Part shown: in pieces, positions 15,555 to 22,739 of the stretch
Layout of the letters: each line of letters opens with the position of its first letter
Numbering within the stretch: the stretch's first letter is position 1
Assembly: GCF_000284455.1 (NCBI RefSeq)
Contig: NC_017039.1
Coordinates: 1,170,001 to 1,202,000, forward strand
Direction of reading: 5' to 3'
Source: Synechocystis sp. PCC 6803 substr. PCC-P
GTDB lineage: Bacteria > Cyanobacteriota > Cyanobacteriia > Cyanobacteriales > Microcystaceae
DNA: 32,000 nt
The notes under the pieces: generated by a model
Seen by the model: the letters and a program-made list of their open reading frames with translations, nothing else
The model's database searches: none
What the model was told of the DNA's origin: nothing
Translations under genes and position numbers: made by a program

Positions 15555-16562
15555 TTAACTGGTGGCACTAGGGACAAAATTAGGCACATTGGGATAAACA
15601 TTTTGAATATCTTCCCGAATGGTATTGGGGTCATTTAATGCAAAGTTGGCAATGTCAATTTTTTTCATAAACGCCACCCCTGGTTTTGCCATCACATACT
15701 TAAGAAAATCTTCAAATACATAAACATGCTCCGGCCGTTGCAGGCGATCGTGCATTGTTACCGCCATCATCCGTCGTCGATAGGCAGCTTCCTCATAAAG
15801 GCGATCGAAAGAGTTTTTCAACTCGGTTAAGTACTGGCCAGAGGAAAAGAAGCGGGCCTCATAAGCACGAATATCATTCAGATAAACGGCGTAGGGCACC
15901 ACCATGATAGATTTGCCGTTGTTGAGGTTAACAATGAAAGGTTCATCCCGGCTGACATCATCAATGTGATAAACAAAACCCAATTCATTCAGTACAGTAA
16001 GAATATTGACAGAACCCCGTAAACCCGGGGCATTGTAGCCCACTGCCCGCTGTCCTGTAACTTTTAGGATTATGTCCACATTACGTTGAATAAAGTCCCT
16101 TTCCTGGGGCGCGGTCATATTAAATTCATTGTCCCAATCCCAACCATGGGCCGCCGCTTCATGGCCCCGTTGGACAATTTCCTTGGCCCGGTCTGGATAC
16201 ATTTCCACCGTGCGCCCAGACATGTGGGAAGTGATTTTAATTTTGTACTTATCTAGTAAATCGAGAATACGGGGAACCCCTTCCGTATAGCCATAGCGGT
16301 ACCAAGTAATGGTGGGCATATCGTAGTAATCCGGCGGCGGGGTAAAGTTTCCAAAGGGAGTAGGAGCACCTTTGGCCGGCTGACTGCCTGTTTCAAACAT
16401 TAAAGACAGGGAAATAGGCAAACGGATATTGTCGGGCCAAAATTTACCGCCCCTATTGCTAGATTGTTGCGCCAACAGTGGCTTATTGCCCATCAAAGCG
16501 TAACTGGCGATCGCCCCGGCTCCGGTGGCCAGGCCATATTTAAACAGATCTCTTCTTTGCAT
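15555..16562 (-). CDS. Tat-exported polysaccharide deacetylase (NodB-like) family protein, 335 aa
   Basis: Leader MQRRDLFKYGLATGAGAIASYAL; ILDLLDKYKIKITSHMSGRTVEMYPDRAKEIVQRGHEAAAHGWDWDNEFNMTAPQERDFIQRNVDIILKVTGQRAVGYNAPG, typical of NodB-like deacetylases. Confidence 0.85.
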   Translation of the reverse strand: MQRRDLFKYGLATGAGAIASYALMGNKPLLAQQSSNRGGKFWPDNIRLPISLSLMFETGSQPAKGAPTPFGNFTPPPDYYDMPTITWYRYGYTEGVPRILDLLDKYKIKITSHMSGRTVEMYPDRAKEIVQRGHEAAAHGWDWDNEFNMTAPQERDFIQRNVDIILKVTGQRAVGYNAPGLRGSVNILTVLNELGFVYHIDDVSRDEPFIVNLNNGKSIMVVPYAVYLNDIRAYEARFFSSGQYLTELKNSFDRLYEEAAYRRRMMAVTMHDRLQRPEHVYVFEDFLKYVMAKPGVAFMKKIDIANFALNDPNTIREDIQNVYPNVPNFVPSATS

Positions 16563-16565
16563 AAT

Positions 16566-17453
16566 TCAGGACTCCTTGGTGGTTGCAAAAGTGGTTAAAA
16601 TTGCCTGGAAAATTTCCTCCGGTGCTTCCTCAGGAATGTAATGGCCACACTGTTCAATCACGTAACCAGTAATGTCATCACAATAGGGAGATAAACCGTT
16701 ATAAATTAAAGATTTAGTGGCAAATTCTCCCCCCATAGTAAAAATTGGCTGACTAAAATGCGTCTCCGCCGTGGGAGTATTAGCCTTTGTTGTTTCCTCT
16801 AGGGCAGAGTACCAAAGAAAACCAGCTTTCATTGCCCCAGGACGACTATAGTAACGAGCATAGTAATCCATGACTTCGGGGGTAAGATTCTGCTTCCGTT
16901 TAGATTTATTAGTGAAATACCAACTGAGATATTCATTTTCTTTTCCTGTAACCAAACTACTAGCTAAATCCGGCACCATATGAAAATAAAACTGCCAAAC
17001 TTTTGGTGCATTAACCACAGAGAAGAAATCGTTACTAACCAAACCGGGAATAGCTGCATCAATTAATCCTGCCCCCAGCACAGCTTCTGGAAAAAATTTC
17101 AGCACTGTAAAGGCAACCCAAGCCCCCACATCATGACCCACTAAGTAAAAAGAATTAATTTCTTTTTTGGCTAAAAAGGCTTTAATTTCCCTCGCCGCTG
17201 TGCCGCAATCATAGGGGCCATCGGGAATATCGGAATCCCCCTGACCCCTCATATCCAGGGCAATTACCCGGAAATGCTCTCCCAATTGTTCTAGCAATAG
17301 CCGCCAGACGTAGCAGGTTTGGGGCCAGCCCCCCAGTAGAAGTAATGGTTGCCCGCTTCCCCCTTCAATGGCATGAAGATTCACTCCTTCAACGTCGGTA
17401 TAGGTATGCTCAAAGCTTGATGGCAAGGCGATAGGAATAAAGGGGCTATTCAT
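16566..17453 (-). CDS. Alpha/beta hydrolase (epoxide hydrolase/haloalkane dehalogenase-like), 295 aa
   Basis: LLLLGGWPQTCYVWRLL, VIALDMRGQGDSDIP, YLVGHDVGAWVAF nucleophile elbow, and C-terminal CGHYIPEEAPEE. Confidence 0.9.
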   Translation of the reverse strand: MNSPFIPIALPSSFEHTYTDVEGVNLHAIEGGSGQPLLLLGGWPQTCYVWRLLLEQLGEHFRVIALDMRGQGDSDIPDGPYDCGTAAREIKAFLAKKEINSFYLVGHDVGAWVAFTVLKFFPEAVLGAGLIDAAIPGLVSNDFFSVVNAPKVWQFYFHMVPDLASSLVTGKENEYLSWYFTNKSKRKQNLTPEVMDYYARYYSRPGAMKAGFLWYSALEETTKANTPTAETHFSQPIFTMGGEFATKSLIYNGLSPYCDDITGYVIEQCGHYIPEEAPEEIFQAILTTFATTKES

Positions 17454-17473
17454 AGATTATTGACTGAGTAAAT

Positions 17474-18337
17474 TTAGTTAGTTTGATAAGTTTGTCGCAA
17501 AAATTTCAGTCCATCTTGGGCAAGGGCTTCATTACTGGGAGCCACCGTGCGCCACAAGCGGGCTCCATTAGCCAATTCCTTATCCTCAAAATTAAAACTT
17601 TCAATGGTGACCCAACCTTGGTAATCCATGGTTTGTAAGGCTTTAAACCAATGGCCCCAAGCAAAGGAATCACTGCCGGGAGTGCCCCGGTCTTTGGCAC
17701 AGGCATGGATATGAAAACAATGATTGCTCGCTTGTAAAAAAGCTTTGATTACATCCTTTTCTTCAATATTCATGTGGAATAAATCCAGTAATAGCCCCAG
17801 TTGAGGACAATCCACTGCATCGAGCAATTCTAAGCCTTGAGCTACAGTATTTAAAGCATAACCTTGAAAACGATTCAGGGGTTCCACAGCAAACTTCAGA
17901 TCAGTTTTGATCAGAGTTTCCGCTACCAGCTTAAAGGCCTCCTGCATGCGAACATTTTCCCGTTTTTGCAGAGGTTCTCCACTGAGATAACCCACAGGAT
18001 GGGGGAACGGCCCAGAGAGTTGAATGATGCCGCATTGTTGACAGAATTTAATTGCCCTTTCCAGATAAGCAATGGATTCCCGCCAGCAGTCTTCATCCTT
18101 GGTAGTCAAGGATAAACCCCGGGGTAAACTGGTGCAAAAGGTTAGCTCTACACCATACTTTTCGCCATAACTTTTAAGTTGGAGGGGATCAATTTGGTCG
18201 AAATAATGGGTGGCAATTTCTATCCCATCAAATCCCCACCTTTTAGCATCTTGGAAAACATATTCTTCATTACCAAGAAATTCTTTTTTCCAGATAAAAG
18301 TATGAACTCCAAACTTGATTTTGGGGGAAGAAATCAT
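17474..18337 (-). CDS. Sugar-phosphate isomerase/epimerase family TIM-barrel protein (AP-endonuclease-2 fold), 287 aa
   Basis: KRWGFDGIEIATHYFD, LKFAVEPLNRFQGYALNTVAQGLELLDAVDCPQLGLLLDLFHMNIEE, HIHACAKDRGTPGSDSFAWGHWFKALQTMDYQGWVTIESF. Confidence 0.88.
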   Translation of the reverse strand: MISSPKIKFGVHTFIWKKEFLGNEEYVFQDAKRWGFDGIEIATHYFDQIDPLQLKSYGEKYGVELTFCTSLPRGLSLTTKDEDCWRESIAYLERAIKFCQQCGIIQLSGPFPHPVGYLSGEPLQKRENVRMQEAFKLVAETLIKTDLKFAVEPLNRFQGYALNTVAQGLELLDAVDCPQLGLLLDLFHMNIEEKDVIKAFLQASNHCFHIHACAKDRGTPGSDSFAWGHWFKALQTMDYQGWVTIESFNFEDKELANGARLWRTVAPSNEALAQDGLKFLRQTYQTN

Positions 18338-19140
18338 GAGCAGGTTACCGATTTATCACCACGGTTAAAAGCTTCAATTACCTCCACCATACGCTCTAAG
18401 TCTTTATCATTTTTTAGTTTGGCAATTTGGGCAGGTAATTTGTCACTAATGGTGTTGACATATTCCATAAAGTAGGAACTTTGATTAATCCCATATTTGG
18501 GAGCTTCCGAAGCAAAGGCCGCCCTTTGGGCATTGGTCAATTCCGGTAAATTGTTCAAATCAGTAATGCGGGGCCCCACAGCTTGAAAATATTCCCGCAT
18601 CCCACCGTCATGGTAGGGAAAATCCGGTGCAACTTCATTACGCATCCAAACAAAAACAATGGGTAATGTTTTATCCGTAGGATTAACAAAACCATGCATG
18701 TAATGGTTGGGAGAATAAATCAATTGTTTGGGTTCGCTTTGAATGCTATACAAATCTCCCCGACCGGCTCCCCCGACCACAGGTAACTCGTCCATATTGG
18801 GATATTGTTTAGTGCTGTGGAACAGTTCAATACCGCCTTCCGGAGTCCAAAACCATTCATTGATGAAGTAATGAATATGGGGCATGGGGCCGCCTCCGGG
18901 GGGAATTTGGGCGTGGGCGATGGCAAAACCAATGTCCTTGGCACTACAGGAAGCAATATCAAAAATTTCGTTGGCAGGAGTATAAATTAGCAGGGGATCC
19001 GCTAATTTGGGCATGGGAATATCGTCAAAGGTATGAATTTCTGTTTCTGCGGCAACGCTAAAATTTTGCAAAAACAGAATAGTCCCCAACGTCAGAGTTA
19101 AAACTAGACCAATACCCCAAAGTTTGACTTTCAATAGCAT
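18334..19140 (-). CDS. Exported cupin-like protein, copy B, 268 aa
   Basis: Signal peptide MLLKVKLWGIGLVLTLTLGTILFLQNFSVAAE; GPMPHIHYFINEWFWTPEGGIELFHSTKQYPNMDELPV; overlaps the next gene by 4 nt. Confidence 0.8.
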   Translation of the reverse strand: MLLKVKLWGIGLVLTLTLGTILFLQNFSVAAETEIHTFDDIPMPKLADPLLIYTPANEIFDIASCSAKDIGFAIAHAQIPPGGGPMPHIHYFINEWFWTPEGGIELFHSTKQYPNMDELPVVGGAGRGDLYSIQSEPKQLIYSPNHYMHGFVNPTDKTLPIVFVWMRNEVAPDFPYHDGGMREYFQAVGPRITDLNNLPELTNAQRAAFASEAPKYGINQSSYFMEYVNTISDKLPAQIAKLKNDKDLERMVEVIEAFNRGDKSVTCS

Positions 19141-19166
19141 AATTGCTTCTCCAGGCTAATTTAGAT

Positions 19167-19337
19167 TTAAAAACCAAATTTTTGCTTGATAAACGTGTAA
19201 GTGACTTGGCCTAAAAGACAGGCTCCGGCAGCGACTAAGCCTTCAAAAGGGGGAACGGGCAAGGGGAGTTTGAAAAAGCCAAAAATCACTCCTAAGATCC
19301 AGCCGCCAAGAATGGCAAAGCCTAGTTCTTTACTCAT
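19167..19337 (-). CDS. Small XapX-domain-like (DUF1427-like) membrane protein, 56 aa
   Basis: Manual reverse-strand translation: MSKELGFAILGGWILGVIFGFFKLPLPVPPFEGLVAAGACLLGQVTYTFIKQKFGF*. Two hydrophobic Gly-rich segments around a P-x-P-x-P-P linker. Below the apparent track cutoff of 60 aa. Confidence 0.7.
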   Translation of the reverse strand: MSKELGFAILGGWILGVIFGFFKLPLPVPPFEGLVAAGACLLGQVTYTFIKQKFGF

Positions 19338-19364
19338 AAATTTTCCCAGAAATTGTTGAAAGTA

Positions 19365-20168
19365 TTAAAAGCATTTAACAGTTGCATCGCCTTGATTGTA
19401 GGCATTGATAGTATCGATAATCCGGTTTAAGCTCTGATCATTTTCTAACTTAGTTAATGACGTTGGTAGCTTGCCGCTAACCCCATCTACATACTCAAAA
19501 AAGTAGTAGCTTTGGTTAATACCATAAAGGGGAGCATGGCTGACAAATTCTATTTTGGATTCCTCTGTGATAGCTGGCAAATGCTTTAAATCTTTGATGG
19601 GAATGCCCACGTCCTGGAAATATTCCCGGATGCCACCGTCATGCAATTCGTATTCAGGAGAAATGCCGTCTTCCAACCAAATAAAGGTCAAAGGACGGGT
19701 TTCTGTGGTGGTATTGGCAAAGCCATGGACTCGATATTTGGGCCCGTAAACGATCTGATTGGGTTCAGTATTAACAGTGTACACAGTGGTATTGCCGGCC
19801 TGTTCATCGGTGGCGGGATTCTCCAAATCGGGGTACTCTTTCACACTTTGAAATAGTTGCAGTCCCCCTTTCGGAGTCCAAAACCACTCATTGGTGTAAT
19901 GATGGATGTGAGGTAGTGGTCCCGCCCCTGGGGGAATCTGGGCTTCCGCAATGGTGAAACCAATACCATCGGCATTGCAAGTGGAAAATTCAAAAATTTC
20001 CCCTGCTGGTCCCAGAATTTTTTCTGTTTTTTCTATGTTGGGATGGGGAAAATTATCCAACGTAGAAATTGCCAAGGCTTTAGGAATTGCTATGGTCAAA
20101 GTGCCTAAAACTATCAGTAAAATGAGGCACAACTTGGAAAGTAATGGGGATAAACGTAAAGTTTTCAT
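19365..20168 (-). CDS. Exported cupin-like protein, copy C, 267 aa
   Basis: Signal peptide-like LCLILLIVLGTLTIAIPKALA; GPLPHIHHYTNEWFWTPKGGLQLFQSVKEYPDLENPAT; GINQSYYFFEYVD as in copy B (GINQSSYFMEYVN). Confidence 0.8.
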   Translation of the reverse strand: MKTLRLSPLLSKLCLILLIVLGTLTIAIPKALAISTLDNFPHPNIEKTEKILGPAGEIFEFSTCNADGIGFTIAEAQIPPGAGPLPHIHHYTNEWFWTPKGGLQLFQSVKEYPDLENPATDEQAGNTTVYTVNTEPNQIVYGPKYRVHGFANTTTETRPLTFIWLEDGISPEYELHDGGIREYFQDVGIPIKDLKHLPAITEESKIEFVSHAPLYGINQSYYFFEYVDGVSGKLPTSLTKLENDQSLNRIIDTINAYNQGDATVKCF

Positions 20169-20194
20169 GACGTTGACTAGGATTTGAGGAAAAC

Positions 20195-20638
20195 TTACAA
20201 TGTCTGCGTTTCGGCTATTTTATAAATCTTAATTTCGGCTGGCTTAGCTAATAAATCAGGAGATTTTTCCACAAATTCATGGAAGTAAGGGGTTTGAAAA
20301 TGATAGTCGAGGGCCGCTCGATTCCGCCAAACTTCAAAAAAAAGAAAAGAATTATCTTCCGTTTCATCCTCATAAAAACTGTAGGAAATACAGCCAGGTT
20401 CCGACCGAGAAGGCTCAATAAATGTCTGGGATAGGGCAATAAATTCTTCTTTTTTATCGGGTTTTACCTTAATGTTGCCCGCTACGACAATGGGATCGTC
20501 CGCCCCCTTAACATCCTCTGCCAAACTGGGAGATGGCAGCAAGAAAATGCTAGTAAACACCAAAAAGGAAAGGATAATGGTCAGCCCCCTTTTTAGCAAT
20601 GCTGCTCTGTTATCAGACAGAAAAAAATCAGCTCTCAT
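20195..20638 (-). CDS. Exported antibiotic biosynthesis monooxygenase (ABM)-like protein, 147 aa
   Basis: Signal peptide ...LTIILSFLVFTSIFLLPSPSLAED, then VVAGNIKVKPDKKEEFIALSQTFIEPSRSEPGCISYSFYEDETEDNSFLFFEVWRNRAALDYHFQTPYFHEF. Confidence 0.88.
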   Translation of the reverse strand: MRADFFLSDNRAALLKRGLTIILSFLVFTSIFLLPSPSLAEDVKGADDPIVVAGNIKVKPDKKEEFIALSQTFIEPSRSEPGCISYSFYEDETEDNSFLFFEVWRNRAALDYHFQTPYFHEFVEKSPDLLAKPAEIKIYKIAETQTL

Positions 20639-20844
20639 GTTCAGATATATTAATAAGTTGTCCAGGTCATATCAGCTATACCTTGATTAAGTACCCAGGG
20701 GAAATCAAGCCAGCTGATCGCCGCAATCTTGCCAATTATCAGGCATTATAGGAATCTTCCCTAGCTTAGGCTTAGTACGTTTACAAATATTTACATGGTT
20801 AAATTTTGGCGATCGCCAATGGACAGTCTAGGGACAATTAAAAT

Positions 20845-20870
20845 GTCAAGAATTATTGACTAATTGTCAA
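20845..20870. promoter_or_regulatory. Phased GTCAA/TTGAC half-sites upstream of the icfG-type cluster
   Basis: GTCAA (20845-20849), TTGAC (20856-20860) and GTCAA (20866-20870): alternating orientation with centres 10-11 bp apart. Confidence 0.35.
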
Positions 20871-21121
20871 GGAATGATAGCTGCAAAACGTCGAAATGGG
20901 TCGAGCTGGATTTCCTCAGTAACATTTCGTTACAGTGGCAATTTAGTCGGGAGATTATGCTATGCTTTGCACCAAATTAGTTCTCTTTGAATTTTTCTTT
21001 CGGAGTGCGGAGTATTCTGGTTCTGAACAGGTGAATTTTTTCAAGCCCGTCACCCGTCGGAACTGACCCCCGCTTTGCTTAAATTAAACTGATTACTTTT
21101 AGTTATCTTGGCAAATCATCT

Positions 21122-21688
21122 ATGTCATCAAGAAAAAATTACTACTTAGGTTTGAAAGCGGACTATTCGCAGCCCGGCCTTGTGCCCGATACCCTCAAGG
21201 AGAAATTAATCGCTGAAGGCATTGCCTACGTAGCCCAAAAGGAAGCCACCCTACCGGCGATCGATGATTCTTACACCCTGGAAGTTATTGAACAGGAAAA
21301 CAAAGATTGGTGGCCAACCCACTGTGAAGCTTTGCGACAGGGTCGGGGAGATATTTTAACCGGGGAATACCGGGAAGATTTGGTTTACTTTTGCCAAGAT
21401 GGTCCCTACTCTGGCCTGGAACAACAACAGGAACGGGAAAAACATTGGTGGGCTTTAATTGCTCAGCCTGGGGTTACCATGGTCTGGCCCATTGTCATGT
21501 TTTACGGTGAACATACTTTCTTTGAATGGAAATGTGTGGACGATGAAACCCACGAAACGATCGCCAAGGGCAATGTCACCTGGGTGCGCCGGGGTCACCG
21601 GGGTGGCTGTTATTTAAAAACAGAACAACTCACTTTTTATCGGGACGTGTTTGCTCCTGATAGTTTACTAAAACTAATCACTACCTAG
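21122..21688 (+). CDS. Conserved protein, possibly NTF2/SnoaL-like, 188 aa (icfG cluster; slr1852-like)
   Basis: ORF with Trp/aromatic-rich C-terminal half (HTFFEWKCVDDETHETIAKGNVTWVRRGHRGGCYLKTEQLTFYRD). Position matches the known cluster. Fold assignment is tentative. Confidence 0.7.
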   Translation: MSSRKNYYLGLKADYSQPGLVPDTLKEKLIAEGIAYVAQKEATLPAIDDSYTLEVIEQENKDWWPTHCEALRQGRGDILTGEYREDLVYFCQDGPYSGLEQQQEREKHWWALIAQPGVTMVWPIVMFYGEHTFFEWKCVDDETHETIAKGNVTWVRRGHRGGCYLKTEQLTFYRDVFAPDSLLKLITT

Positions 21689-21699
21689 GAGTTAGCCCC

Positions 21700-22041
21700 A
21701 TGAGTGAGTTTAAAAACGCTGTGCTGGATGATAAAGACCTCCAGGCAGGTCTGGGTGGGATTAATCCTAAATTTGGTGATTTTTGCACCAGGGTAGCGGG
21801 GGAAGCCTGGGGTTTACCATTAATTGATCAAAAAACTAAAGCCCTAATTGTCATTGCGGTGGATGTGGCTAATCAGACCCTCAGTGGCCCTTTTCAAGCC
21901 CATGTGGATATGGCCCTAAAACAGGGTGCTACTAAGGAAGAAATTGAAGAAGTGCTCTCCTTCATGTGTGTTTATGGTGGCTTTAATAAAGCCGCTGGAG
22001 CTTTTGCCGCCCTAAAAGAAATTTTCGAGCAAAATTCTTAG
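21700..22041 (+). CDS. Carboxymuconolactone decarboxylase/AhpD-like protein, 113 aa
   Basis: FGDFCTRVAGEAWGLPLIDQKTKALIVIAVDVANQTLSGPFQAHVDMALKQGATKEEIEEVLSFMCVYGGFNKAAGAF. Confidence 0.9.
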   Translation: MSEFKNAVLDDKDLQAGLGGINPKFGDFCTRVAGEAWGLPLIDQKTKALIVIAVDVANQTLSGPFQAHVDMALKQGATKEEIEEVLSFMCVYGGFNKAAGAFAALKEIFEQNS

Positions 22042-22110
22042 ATAACTTTTAAAAATCCCCCCTGGTTCCCAACCTCGGAGAAATTTATTCCTCATCAAAT
22101 TAGGAGCTTT

Positions 22111-22707
22111 ATGACCACAACAAAAGGTAAGATTGGTGTCTTAATCGAAGAACATTTTGATGGCACTGAATATCGCTGGTTTAATGAGTATTTTCCCGCC
22201 CAGGGCTATGAAGTGGAATATATCAGCCATTTGTGGGGACAACCGGAACTGAAGTTTGGTTCTAACCCAGAAAATGACCAAGTGGAATACCACGTCACCG
22301 TAACCACGGAAGTGAATGATATTGACCCCAAAGATTACAAGGGCATTATTGCCATTGGGGCCTACGCCATGGATCGCTTGCGGTACCAAGCCACCGTCAA
22401 AAAAGGTGAAAAAAATCAAGCCCCCGCAGTTATTTTTCTCCGTAAAGCAGCGGCCACTGAAGGGTTAAAGCTGGGAACCATTTGCCATAGTTTATGGCTA
22501 TTTTGCGCCGATCCCGATCTGCTTAAAGATAAAAAAGTCACCTGCGCCCACAACATTATTTGTGACGTGGAAAATGCTGGAGCGGATGTGGTGTATGAAG
22601 AGGATCAGACCGCCGAGTTGGTAATTGACGGCGATCTAATTACCGGCAAACATCCAGGCATGATTGAAGAATTTGTCAAAACTTTTGTTGAGCAAATCGA
22701 AGCTTAA
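22111..22707 (+). CDS. DJ-1/PfpI family protein, 198 aa
   Basis: IGVLIEEHFDGTEYRWFNEYFPAQGYEVEYIS, GLKLGTICHSLWLFCADPDLLKDKKVTCAHNIICDVENAGADVVYEED, ITGKHPGMIEEFVKTFVE. Confidence 0.9.
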   Translation: MTTTKGKIGVLIEEHFDGTEYRWFNEYFPAQGYEVEYISHLWGQPELKFGSNPENDQVEYHVTVTTEVNDIDPKDYKGIIAIGAYAMDRLRYQATVKKGEKNQAPAVIFLRKAAATEGLKLGTICHSLWLFCADPDLLKDKKVTCAHNIICDVENAGADVVYEEDQTAELVIDGDLITGKHPGMIEEFVKTFVEQIEA

Positions 22708-22739
22708 AAACCTTTCCGTCCTTCCCGTGGCATCAACAT

